Positions 19,966-28,227 of a DNA stretch of 64,000 nucleotides are shown here, one piece after another. The notes under the pieces were generated by a model that was given only the letters and a program-made list of their open reading frames with translations, ran no database searches and had not been told where the DNA came from. Source of the stretch: Candidatus Solibacter sp. (lineage in GTDB: Bacteria; Acidobacteriota; Terriglobia; Bryobacterales; Bryobacteraceae). Location of the stretch: the NCBI GenBank assembly GCA_025361425.1, contig JANYAH010000083.1, positions 13,315 to 77,314 of the forward strand. The letters are read 5' to 3'. Numbering within the stretch: the stretch's first letter is position 1; the number at the start of each line of letters is the position of its first letter. The position numbers and the translations under genes are program-made.

Positions 19966-20913
19966 ATGGGGCGGTTGGCAGCGGCGGTTGGAGTGGCGAT
20001 GTGGTTGACAGCGACGCTGGCCGGGCAGCAGGTCAAGACCGAGCCACGCCCCAAGCTCGCGCCGAAACTGGAGGCGCCGGGACGTGCCAATATCCGCGTA
20101 GACACCACCCTGATTCTGGTGCCCGTCACCGTCAACGATCCGCTGAACCGCCCGGTCTCCGGTCTGGAGAGGGAGAATTTCCGCGTCTTCGAAGATAAGG
20201 TGCCCCAGCCCATCACTCAGTTCGCCATGGACGACGAGCCCGTCGCGGTCGGCCTCGTTTTCGATACCAGCGGCAGCATGGGCGACAAACTTCAGCGCTC
20301 TCGCATGGCCGCCGCGCAATTCTTCCGCATCGCCAATCCCGAAGACGAATTTTTCCTGGTGGAGTTCGACAGCGCTCCCAGAGTGCGCGTGCCGCTTACT
20401 TCCGACACCGGTACCATTGAAAATGAGCTGATCTTCTCGAAATCCAAAGGTTCCACGGCCCTGCTGGATGCGGTTTACCTGGCGCTGCACGAAATGAAAC
20501 GCTCGAAAAAGAATAAGAAGGCGCTGCTCATCATCTCCGATGGCGGCGACAATCACAGCCGCTACTCACCCAAGGAAGTTACCAACCTCGTGCGCGAAAG
20601 CGATGTGCTGATCTATTCCATCGGCGTCTTCGGCGGCGGCAGCTCGCCGGAGGAGCTTAGCGGCGGGGATCTGCTCAGCAAGATCTCCGAACAGACCGGC
20701 GGACGCCTGTTTGAAGCCAACCCGGTAGAACTGCCGGACATCGCCAAGAAGATCGGGATCGAACTGCGCAACCGCTACATCCTTGCCTATTCGCCGCCGA
20801 ACCAGGCGCGCGACGGGAAGTACCACCGCATCACGGTCCAGGTGGTGCCGCCGCGCGGGCTGCCGAAACTTTCCGCCCATTGGCGGTTGGGCTACAACGC
20901 GCCGATTGAATGA
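19966..20913 (+). CDS. VWA domain protein (VWFA-related acidobacterial domain type), secreted
   Basis: Signal peptide MGRLAAAVGVAMWLTATLAGQQ, then FRVFEDKVPQPI and the MIDAS motif VFDTSGSMGD...ISDGGDNHS. It resembles the TIGR03436-type family from memory. Confidence 0.8.
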   Translation: MGRLAAAVGVAMWLTATLAGQQVKTEPRPKLAPKLEAPGRANIRVDTTLILVPVTVNDPLNRPVSGLERENFRVFEDKVPQPITQFAMDDEPVAVGLVFDTSGSMGDKLQRSRMAAAQFFRIANPEDEFFLVEFDSAPRVRVPLTSDTGTIENELIFSKSKGSTALLDAVYLALHEMKRSKKNKKALLIISDGGDNHSRYSPKEVTNLVRESDVLIYSIGVFGGGSSPEELSGGDLLSKISEQTGGRLFEANPVELPDIAKKIGIELRNRYILAYSPPNQARDGKYHRITVQVVPPRGLPKLSAHWRLGYNAPIE

Positions 20914-21009
20914 GCGCGGCAAAGCCGAAACCAAATACCAGGAAGACTTTACCGCGGAACCGCGGAGCCGCACGCGTCCCAGCCTCGGTCAGGTGCGCAA
21001 GGCCCAGCC

Positions 21010-22224
21010 TTATGCTGCCTTCGTCTGGATCTTGGCACGGGTCTGGAAGAAGATTGCCACCAACGCCAGAATGGCCAGCGCACCTCCGCTACAGACCATC
21101 CAAAACGCAGTCCAGTTGTGCGTGACCGCGCCTCCGCTCTTGCTGGTAAAGAAATCCAAGGACACGCCGGCGAGCATCGACCCGATGAACATCCCTACCC
21201 CGTAGGTTAGGAAGGTGAGGAACCCTTGCGCCGTCCCGCGTAGGTGCGCGGGAGCCTCCTGGTCGGTGTAAAGCTGCCCGGTCATGAAGAAGAAATCGTA
21301 GCAGAACCCGTGCAACAGGATCGCCACATAGAACATCCAGATGCCGGCGCTCGCGTTACCGTAAGCCAGCAGCCCGTATCGCAGGCTCCAGCAAGCCAGG
21401 CCGAGTAGCAGCACCCCGCGCACCGTGATCCGCCGGAAGATGAACGGCATGAGCAGCATCACCCCGACCTCGGACACCTGCCCCAACGTCATCTTCCCCG
21501 CCGCGTTCACCACCCCCACTTCATTCAGGTACGCGTTGGTGAACACGAAGTAAAAGGTCAGCGGGATGCACGCCAGAATCGACGCCACCGCGAAAATAAA
21601 ATAGGGACGCCTCTTCAGCATCACCAGCGCATCCAGCCCCAGCAGGCTACCCGCCGTGATCTTCTGTCCCTTGCCCGCCGGAGGCGTATGCGGCAACGTC
21701 AGGCAGAAGGCGCTCATCACCAGCGACGCGCCGGCCGCCAGCAGAAACGGTGTCGCCGTCGTCTCCACCTTCAAATAGCCCACTGTCAGGCCGATGGCGA
21801 TCCACCCGATGGTCGCGAACATGCGGATGAACGGAAATTCACCGCCGGCGTTCGTCAGTTGCCGCAGCGTCAGCGCGTTGGTCAGCCCGATCGTCGGAAA
21901 GTAGCACAGGCAGTACAACAGCATCAGCGCGTAGACCGACCCAAAATCCGTGGCGCGCGTGACGAAGTACAAGATCACCGCACCCATCAGGTGCAGCGTC
22001 GCCAGCACCTTCTCCGTCGCGAAGAAACGGTCCGCGATCAGCCCGATGAAAAACGGCGTGATCATGCTGGCCAGCGCCGTGGTGCCGAACACCGCTCCGG
22101 CTTCGGTTCCCGAGAACTTTAGCGTCGCGGTCAGGTACGTTCCGAGCGTCACGTACCACGATCCCCAGATTACGTAGTTGAGGAACATCATCAGGCACAA
22201 GCGCGCCTTCAGCGAAATGGGCAT
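21010..22224 (-). CDS. MFS nucleoside:H+ symporter family permease
   Basis: MPISLKARLCLMMFLNYVIWGSWYVTLGTYL...FFIGLIADRFF, the typical NupG/XapB-type (Nuc_H_symport) N-terminus, with 12 predicted TM segments. Start taken at the internal ATG 22224. Confidence 0.85.
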   Translation of the reverse strand: MPISLKARLCLMMFLNYVIWGSWYVTLGTYLTATLKFSGTEAGAVFGTTALASMITPFFIGLIADRFFATEKVLATLHLMGAVILYFVTRATDFGSVYALMLLYCLCYFPTIGLTNALTLRQLTNAGGEFPFIRMFATIGWIAIGLTVGYLKVETTATPFLLAAGASLVMSAFCLTLPHTPPAGKGQKITAGSLLGLDALVMLKRRPYFIFAVASILACIPLTFYFVFTNAYLNEVGVVNAAGKMTLGQVSEVGVMLLMPFIFRRITVRGVLLLGLACWSLRYGLLAYGNASAGIWMFYVAILLHGFCYDFFFMTGQLYTDQEAPAHLRGTAQGFLTFLTYGVGMFIGSMLAGVSLDFFTSKSGGAVTHNWTAFWMVCSGGALAILALVAIFFQTRAKIQTKAA

Positions 22225-22230
22225 AGGTGC

Positions 22231-22236
22231 AGTGTA
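22231..22236 (-). promoter_or_regulatory. -10-like TACACT (minus strand), 6 nt upstream of ATG 22224 (leaderless-type)
   Basis: The minus strand reads cgtTACACT-gcacct-ATG. It lies immediately downstream of the DinB terminator hairpin. Confidence 0.4.
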
Positions 22237-22239
22237 ACG

Positions 22240-22264
22240 AAAAAGGGCGGGCCGAAACTCGCCC
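22240..22264 (-). terminator. rho-independent terminator after the DinB-family gene
   Basis: The minus strand reads GGGCGagtttcggccCGCCC followed by TTTTT (plus strand: aaaaagggcgggccgaaactcgccc). Confidence 0.5.
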
Positions 22265-22286
22265 TCGTTCGCCGCGCAGGGAGAAA

Positions 22287-22793
22287 CTAGCTTGCCTCGT
22301 CCGCCGACGGCCCATAAATCGCCGGCACCGGGATGTCGCACATGCGCAGGTAGACCGACAGTTGCCCGCGGTGATGCACAATATGGTTGAAGATCATGCC
22401 GCGCAGCACGGCCACTTTCGGCATCGTGAACATCGTCTTGCCGCCGGCTTGCAGGGACCACGGCTTCATCATGGCTTCGTTTTCCATGGCGGCCAGGCCC
22501 GCGCGGAACTGGGCCGAGGCTTTGTCGAACATCGCCAGCAGTTCGGCATTGTTCTTCGCCACCGGTGCCACGTACGGCTGACCGCCCACCGGGGCGTAAT
22601 CGAAGCTATCGCTTTGCAGTGTCACCACACCCCAATCGAGCATGGTGGCGATGTGCACCGCCAGAGCACCCATGTCGAATGATTTCGGGTGCGGTTTATA
22701 ACTGAATTTATCGTCGGGAATGCGCGCCAGGCACTTACGGGTGTTTGCCATTTCCTGGTCGAATTCGGGAAGTAGAGCGTCGCTGATTTTCAT
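22287..22793 (-). CDS. DinB family (four-helix bundle, metal-dependent) protein
   Basis: MKISDALLPEFDQEMANTRKCLARIPDDKF...VLRGMIFNHIVHHRGQLSVYLR, the typical DinB_2 sequence. GGAGGA lies 6 nt upstream of ATG 22793. Confidence 0.8.
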   Translation of the reverse strand: MKISDALLPEFDQEMANTRKCLARIPDDKFSYKPHPKSFDMGALAVHIATMLDWGVVTLQSDSFDYAPVGGQPYVAPVAKNNAELLAMFDKASAQFRAGLAAMENEAMMKPWSLQAGGKTMFTMPKVAVLRGMIFNHIVHHRGQLSVYLRMCDIPVPAIYGPSADEAS

Positions 22794-22997
22794 TGGATGT
22801 CCTCCATTGGGAGATTCGCTTTTTATTCGCCTGATTAGTGTAGCCCGTATTTTGGCCGGATTCAAGGGGAAAAAACGTAAATCGGCCTTTGGCACATCGC
22901 GGCGCCAGGCGGTGTGCCTGCAAGGTGTGGCGGCTTTACTTCAGCGAATTCCCGCCGCTGTTGTTCCCGTAATCGTGCTTGCGGGCGCCCCCCGGCG

Positions 22998-24236
22998 TCA
23001 CCAGTTGGTGATAGACCCATCGGGCCGGAAATACGTCTGCGCCCGCGCCGTCACAGGCTGCGTAATCTCCGTCACCAGCTTGAGCGGCTTCAAATCCAGT
23101 TCCACGCCCAGCCCGGGCCGGTCGTTCGGATACAGCTTGCCATTCTTGTAATCCAGCCACACCGGAAGGTGCGGGATGGTTCGGCCTGCGTAGGTGTACT
23201 CCACCAGCAGCGGGCCGGAGAACGTGCCCAGTGAGTGGATCAGCGCGGCGGTGGCGATGGGTCCGGTGAAGTGCGGGATCATGCCCACGAAGTGAGTCTC
23301 GCAGATGGCCGCGATTTTCATCATCTCCGTGATGCCGCCTACACTGGGAAGGGTGACACGCACATAGTCGAGGTCGTGGTTCTCCACCAACTTGTGGAAG
23401 TCCCACCGGTAGCCCCACTCCTCGCCGGCCGCGATCGGCACCTTTGCCATACGCCGCAGCAGCGGAAGGTCGTCGCGGAACGCCTCGTCGCGCACCGGAT
23501 CCTCGACAAAGTAGGGCGCCAGATCCTTGATCAGTTCGCAGCCGCGAATCGCTTCCGAAAGATCGAACCGCTGGTGGAAATCGACGCACCAATCGCCGTC
23601 CTTCCCGACCCCCTCGCGCGCCTGCGCGCTCTCCTCGGCCAGCCTGTTGAGCCGCTCATGCGTGTTGAACGTGCCGTTCGCCGGTGCGTCGGCCGCACCC
23701 GAACGGTACGCGCGAAAGCCCGCTTCCATGGTAGCCCGCGCCCGCTCCTGCACGCTCATGCCGGGGCGTATGCCCGGTATCACGCCGCCCGTGGGATAGC
23801 ACTCGCAGAAATTCCGCGTCATCCCGCCCAGCAGGGAATGCACCGGCCGGCCCAGCACCTTGCCCTTGATATCCCATAGCGCCAGGTCCAGCGCGCCGAT
23901 GGCGTGAATCTTCTCGCGCCCCGGCGGGTAGAAAAACGCCCGCGTCATGTCCTGCCACAGGCGTTCGATATATTGCGGATCCTGCCCGATCAAGCGCCCC
24001 GCGGACTGCTCCAGGGTGTCCCGCGCGCCGCCTTCCCCGATCCCGGTGACCCCGGCATCGGTCTCCACAGTGACCACCAGGTCGCTCTGGTTGAATAGCG
24101 GGTTCGGCCGCTCCGGCGAATACACGCGGACCCGCGTGATCTTCATCTTGGGGACGGCGGCGTGAACCACCTGGCGCCCGCCCACCGACAACCCGGCGAC
24201 CGCGACCGCGGATTTCAAAAGTGCCCTACGATTCAT
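22998..24236 (-). CDS. enolase-superfamily (mandelate racemase / D-mannonate-galactonate dehydratase-like) enzyme with Tat signal
   Basis: N-terminus MNRRALLKSAVAVAGLSVGG (R-R-x-L-L-K). The core is DFHQRF...YFVEDPV...IAAGEEW...DYVRVTLPSVGGITE...IPHFTGPIA, matching the ManD/RspA-like subgroup. The longest ORF starts at TTG 24254. Confidence 0.85.
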   Translation of the reverse strand: MNRRALLKSAVAVAGLSVGGRQVVHAAVPKMKITRVRVYSPERPNPLFNQSDLVVTVETDAGVTGIGEGGARDTLEQSAGRLIGQDPQYIERLWQDMTRAFFYPPGREKIHAIGALDLALWDIKGKVLGRPVHSLLGGMTRNFCECYPTGGVIPGIRPGMSVQERARATMEAGFRAYRSGAADAPANGTFNTHERLNRLAEESAQAREGVGKDGDWCVDFHQRFDLSEAIRGCELIKDLAPYFVEDPVRDEAFRDDLPLLRRMAKVPIAAGEEWGYRWDFHKLVENHDLDYVRVTLPSVGGITEMMKIAAICETHFVGMIPHFTGPIATAALIHSLGTFSGPLLVEYTYAGRTIPHLPVWLDYKNGKLYPNDRPGLGVELDLKPLKLVTEITQPVTARAQTYFRPDGSITNW

Positions 24237-24242
24237 GCCACT

Positions 24243-24248
24243 AATGTA
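24243..24248 (-). promoter_or_regulatory. -10-like TACATT (minus strand), 6 nt upstream of ATG 24236 (leaderless-type)
   Basis: The minus strand reads gaagTACATT-agtggc-ATG. Confidence 0.35.
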
Positions 24249-24391
24249 CTTCAATTCGAGCGGCGTGGGATAGTGTCCGTCTCAACCGCACCCATTCCGC
24301 ATCCAGCGTCGTGGTGGGCCAACCAACGGTATCGAAACGAATTGGGAGGGGTCCGGCGATCGGTGCAGTTCGGACGCAAAGCCACCCGCGC

Positions 24392-24757
24392 TCACGTCAG
24401 TTCGAACAGCAATTGCCCCGTGCTCACCGCCTCGCCTGGCTTTACCTGAATCGTCTTCAGTACCCCATCCACCGCGGGGCAGATCTGGATCTCCATCTTC
24501 ATGGCCTCGATCACCAGCACAGGCTCGTTCTTGCGGATCGCCTGGCCGTTCACCGCCAGTACGGCGGTGATGCGCCCGGCGATGGGCGAGCGGCAAAACG
24601 TATCCTCCAGCAGTTTCAACGGCGGACGCTGCCGGGTTACGGACTCGGGAATGGTTATCTCGGCTGCCTGCCAGTTGCGATGCCCGTTGTGAGCGTCCTC
24701 AAGGAACTCAACCGTCACCTCATAACTTTTCTTTTCGATGTCAATCCGGAGTTTCAT
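24392..24757 (-). CDS. biotin carboxyl carrier protein, 1.3S-transcarboxylase-like small biotinyl subunit
   Basis: 121-aa ORF MKLRIDIEKKSYEVTVEF...SPIAGRI...VLVIEAMKMEIQI. It carries the biotinyl-lysine motif E-A-M-K-M. Size and N-terminus resemble the Propionibacterium 1.3S subunit. Confidence 0.85.
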   Translation of the reverse strand: MKLRIDIEKKSYEVTVEFLEDAHNGHRNWQAAEITIPESVTRQRPPLKLLEDTFCRSPIAGRITAVLAVNGQAIRKNEPVLVIEAMKMEIQICPAVDGVLKTIQVKPGEAVSTGQLLFELT

Positions 24758-24971
24758 CTCTTGTCGAGCTCCCGTTGCATTGCCGCCCGGTCCAGCGGCG
24801 CCAAAATGTGCGTATCCCGTATTTCAACGCGCCGGCCACGTGCAGTGCCGAAGGCGCTGCCGCGGGGACTTCCACAATCTCGCGAATGACGGCCCGTTCC
24901 CCTAAAATCGCCTTTACAGCGGCAGCCACAATCGCCCGATGGACCGCGGATATCTGTTTTCCCCCGCTCAT
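24741..24971 (-). CDS. small carboxylase-associated subunit (OadG/epsilon-like), hypothetical
   Basis: The ATG forms an ATGA overlap with the carboxyltransferase stop. The sequence MSGGKQISAVHRAIVAAAVKAILGERAVIREI resembles the VAAI.AAV..yLG segment of small decarboxylase/carboxylase subunits. Its 3' end overlaps the BCCP start by 17 nt. This is a weak call. Confidence 0.35.
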   Translation of the reverse strand: MSGGKQISAVHRAIVAAAVKAILGERAVIREIVEVPAAAPSALHVAGALKYGIRTFWRRWTGRQCNGSSTRDETPD

Positions 24972-26509
24972 AGCGGGATCAATCCGTGTTTCTTTTGCGG
25001 ACGCCAATCGCGCTTAGTGGAAAGCGCATCCAGCGCCTCGGCCAGGTAGCCCCGCGTTTGCGCCGGCTCGATGATATCGTCCACCAGGCGATACCCCGCG
25101 GCGACATACGGCGTGTAAAATGTCTCGCGGTACTGCTGGATCAGTTCCTGCCGCTTCGCCTCGGAATTCTCCGCCTCTTTCAGTTCCCGGTGGAAGACAA
25201 TCTCCACCGCCGCTTCAGCGCCCATCACTGCGATCTCCGCCGAAGGCCACGCCAGCGTGCAATCCGCCCCCAAATCCTTGGCGCACATGGCGATGTAGCC
25301 CCCGCCGTACGCCTTGCGCAAAATTACCGTGATCTTCGGCACCGTGGCCGCCGAGTACGCGAACAGCAGCTTGGCCCCGTGCCGGATGATGCCGCCGTAC
25401 TCCTGATCCACTCCGGGCAGAAAACCCGGGATATCCACCAGCGTCACCAGCGGAATATTGAACGCGTTACAGAAACGTACGAACCCCGCCCCCTTATCCG
25501 ACCCGTCGATATCCAGCGCCCCCGCCAGCACCTTTGGCTGATTGGCCACGATGCCCACTGTGGCCCCGCGAATCCGTCCGAATCCCACCACCAGGTTGCG
25601 CGCGAACTCGGCATGCACTTCCAGGAAATCGGCACGGTCCACAATCAGCGAAATGACGTCGCGTACGTCGTAGCCGGTCTTCCCTTCCCGCGGCACCACA
25701 TCGTTGAGGCGCGGTTCGTACATATTGCTCTCGTCGGGTTCCACGCGCGGCGGGTCTTCCTTGTTGTTGGAGGGCAGAAACGCGAGCAGCCGTTTGCAGA
25801 TTTTCGCGGCCTCCACGTCGTTCTCCGCCGCGAAGTGTACCACCCCGGACTTGTTCATCTGCGCGCGCACCCCGCCCAATTCCTGCGCCGACACCATCTC
25901 TCCCGTAACCTGTTTGATCACCGTGGGCCCGGTGATGAAGATTAGCCCGTCGCGCGTCTGGATGATGAAATCGGTCAACGCCGGGCTGTACGCCGCGCCG
26001 CCCGCGCAGGGTCCGCAGATCAGCGAAATCTGCGGCACCACGCCGGAGAGCATCACGTTTTGATGAAAAATACGCGCATACCCCGACAGGCTGGCCACGT
26101 CTTCCTGCACCCGCGCGCCACCCGAATCGTTGATGAACACGAACGGCGTCCCCGTCTTCATGGACGCTTTCATGGTGTCGGCGATCTTGTTCGCGTGTAC
26201 CTCGCCCGCCGAGCCGCCGGCGACCGTGAAATCCTGGCTGGCCACATGCACGGGCCGGCCGGCGATTCGTCCGCGTCCGGTGACCACGCCATCGGCGGGC
26301 AGATCCTTATCGCCCATGCCGAAGAATTTGCCGTTGTGCTTGGCGAACAGCCCCGCTTCCTGGAAGGAATCGCGATCCAGTAACAGGGTGACGCGCTCCC
26401 GTGCGGTAAGTTTCCCGCTTTTGTGCTGCTTGGCGACGCGCTCCGGCCCGCCCCCCAGTTTGAGCCGGTCCCGGGTTTGCCCCAGCTCCGCAATCTTGTC
26501 CGTGGTCAT
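24968..26509 (-). CDS. acyl-CoA carboxylase beta subunit / methylmalonyl-CoA carboxyltransferase (12S-like)
   Basis: 513-aa ORF with both carboxyltransferase halves (FVFINDSGGARVQE..., GPCAGGAAYSPALTDF, GYIAMC...). GAGGGAA lies upstream of the ATG. Confidence 0.9.
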   Translation of the reverse strand: MTTDKIAELGQTRDRLKLGGGPERVAKQHKSGKLTARERVTLLLDRDSFQEAGLFAKHNGKFFGMGDKDLPADGVVTGRGRIAGRPVHVASQDFTVAGGSAGEVHANKIADTMKASMKTGTPFVFINDSGGARVQEDVASLSGYARIFHQNVMLSGVVPQISLICGPCAGGAAYSPALTDFIIQTRDGLIFITGPTVIKQVTGEMVSAQELGGVRAQMNKSGVVHFAAENDVEAAKICKRLLAFLPSNNKEDPPRVEPDESNMYEPRLNDVVPREGKTGYDVRDVISLIVDRADFLEVHAEFARNLVVGFGRIRGATVGIVANQPKVLAGALDIDGSDKGAGFVRFCNAFNIPLVTLVDIPGFLPGVDQEYGGIIRHGAKLLFAYSAATVPKITVILRKAYGGGYIAMCAKDLGADCTLAWPSAEIAVMGAEAAVEIVFHRELKEAENSEAKRQELIQQYRETFYTPYVAAGYRLVDDIIEPAQTRGYLAEALDALSTKRDWRPQKKHGLIPL

Positions 26510-26657
26510 TTGGTGTGTTCCCTCGCGGGGCCCTTTTTTAATTAACTAGTATTATATCTGAATATCCGTTATGGCAAAGAGCTGCGCCTCATGCATCCGA
26601 GCGCAGCTCGCAAGCGTCTTTTCCTGTGCGTGGATCAAGCCGTCGCGCCGGCCTATC

Positions 26658-28001
26658 TCAGACCTTTTCAGGTTCCGGATGGACCCACGGTTGGCGGTAC
26701 GGCCGCCGCAGCAGGCGGTTGGCTTCGTCGTCCTGTACCACGCGCCCCGCCGCGGGATCCCAGGCCAGCGTCCGCTCCAATTTCATCGCCAGATTGCCCA
26801 TGATGCAGCACGCCGTGGAGATGTACCCCTGTTCGATATCGGCCACCGGTTTGCCTCGCGTGGCGATTGCCCCGAGAAAGTCCTTCATGTGAGCCCGGAT
26901 CGCCGGAGCGCAGTGCTTCTCCAGCCGGGGCTCCGTGTTGTCCTCCGGGTACTTGTCCAACTCGTACGTCACGTCCTTGTGAATCGCCTGTCCCTGTCCC
27001 ACGGGCGTGAAATCGTAGCTGAAGACGCTTGCCCTAAGCGTTCCCTTGTCGCCGTAGAGTGTCGCGCCCCAGGGGTATTTCGCGTCCGTCGGCTGTCCCC
27101 AGTAGCGGTGCTGCCAGACCACCTTGAGCTGGTCGTAATCGAAAATCACCGTCTGCGTGTCCGCGATATTCGACTTCCTCCCCGTCTTCACCAGGATGCC
27201 GCCCGAAGAGCTGATCCGTTTCGGCCAACCCAGATCCAGGAACCACCGCGTCATGTCGAACATGTGGATCCCCATATCGCCCAGGGTTCCATTGCCGTAC
27301 TCCATGTATTGCCGCCAGCCCATGGGATGCTTGCCGCGGATGAAGGGCCGCATCGGCGCAGGCCCCGTCCACATTTCGTAGTCCAGGTTGGCCGGCGGCT
27401 CCATCTCCGGCGGATCCTGGCCGCCGCCCCCGCCATACGAGTAGATTTCTACCAGTCCCACCTTTCCCAGTTTGCCGTCGCGGATGATTTGGTCGCGCGC
27501 TTCCACCAGGTGCGGCGTACTGCGCCGCTGCGTGCCCACCTGCACCACCCGGCCGTACTTGCGCGCCGCGGCTAGCATGCTCTGCCCTTCCACCACGTCC
27601 ACGCTGATCGGCTTCTGTACCCACACGTCGGCGCCAGATTGCACTGCGGCGATCATGGGCAGCGCGTGCCAGTGGTCCGGCGTGGCCACCAGGCAGATAT
27701 CCAGATCCTTCTGCTTGAGCATCTCGCGGTAATCGCTATACAGGCGAGGCGTCTTTTTCGATACCTGGCGCGCCGCCACCATCTCGGCGGCCTGCGACAG
27801 CATCTGCTTGTCGACGTCGCACATGGAGACCACCTCGACGGGGGACACCTGGATGAGACGGAATAAGTCGCACTTGCCATACCACCCCGGACCGATGATG
27901 CCGACACGCTTCGGCTTCTGGTCCGCCACTTGCTCCGCCAGGGCTCTGGCGGACAGCCCGACGCCGGCGGCACCGACACTCAGGAATTCACGGCGATTCA
28001 T
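26658..28001 (-). CDS. Gfo/Idh/MocA family oxidoreductase with Tat signal
   Basis: N-terminus MNRREFLSVGAAGVGLSARALA, Rossmann motif VGIIGPGWYG, and the motif VWVQKPI. Confidence 0.85.
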   Translation of the reverse strand: MNRREFLSVGAAGVGLSARALAEQVADQKPKRVGIIGPGWYGKCDLFRLIQVSPVEVVSMCDVDKQMLSQAAEMVAARQVSKKTPRLYSDYREMLKQKDLDICLVATPDHWHALPMIAAVQSGADVWVQKPISVDVVEGQSMLAAARKYGRVVQVGTQRRSTPHLVEARDQIIRDGKLGKVGLVEIYSYGGGGGQDPPEMEPPANLDYEMWTGPAPMRPFIRGKHPMGWRQYMEYGNGTLGDMGIHMFDMTRWFLDLGWPKRISSSGGILVKTGRKSNIADTQTVIFDYDQLKVVWQHRYWGQPTDAKYPWGATLYGDKGTLRASVFSYDFTPVGQGQAIHKDVTYELDKYPEDNTEPRLEKHCAPAIRAHMKDFLGAIATRGKPVADIEQGYISTACCIMGNLAMKLERTLAWDPAAGRVVQDDEANRLLRRPYRQPWVHPEPEKV

Positions 28002-28227
28002 AGTTTCTTCTACTCCCGCTTGCGAGTTTGCGTCCTAACCAGTGCGGAAGTCAAGGCAAGTCTGGTGTTCCCAGGCGACCGCCCCTTTACGGTCGCAGCG
28101 CGTATTGCGGCCTCGCCGTCCCGATCCGCGCCGCGCGCGTTAGCCACTCTAAACGCACCTCGCCGGCAGCATTGCCCCGCGCCCCCGCCACGCGCCCGTA
28201 TAATGAGGTCCTGAGGTTTTCTCGCTG

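Noticed and set aside
26540-26600. A sigma-70 promoter, TTGCCA-15 nt-TATAAT, on the minus strand upstream of the carboxyltransferase gene.
   Set aside because: The -10 is perfect. However, the only good -35 sits at a 15-nt spacing, which is too short. With 17 nt the -35 is poor. It is plausible but not reported as a feature.
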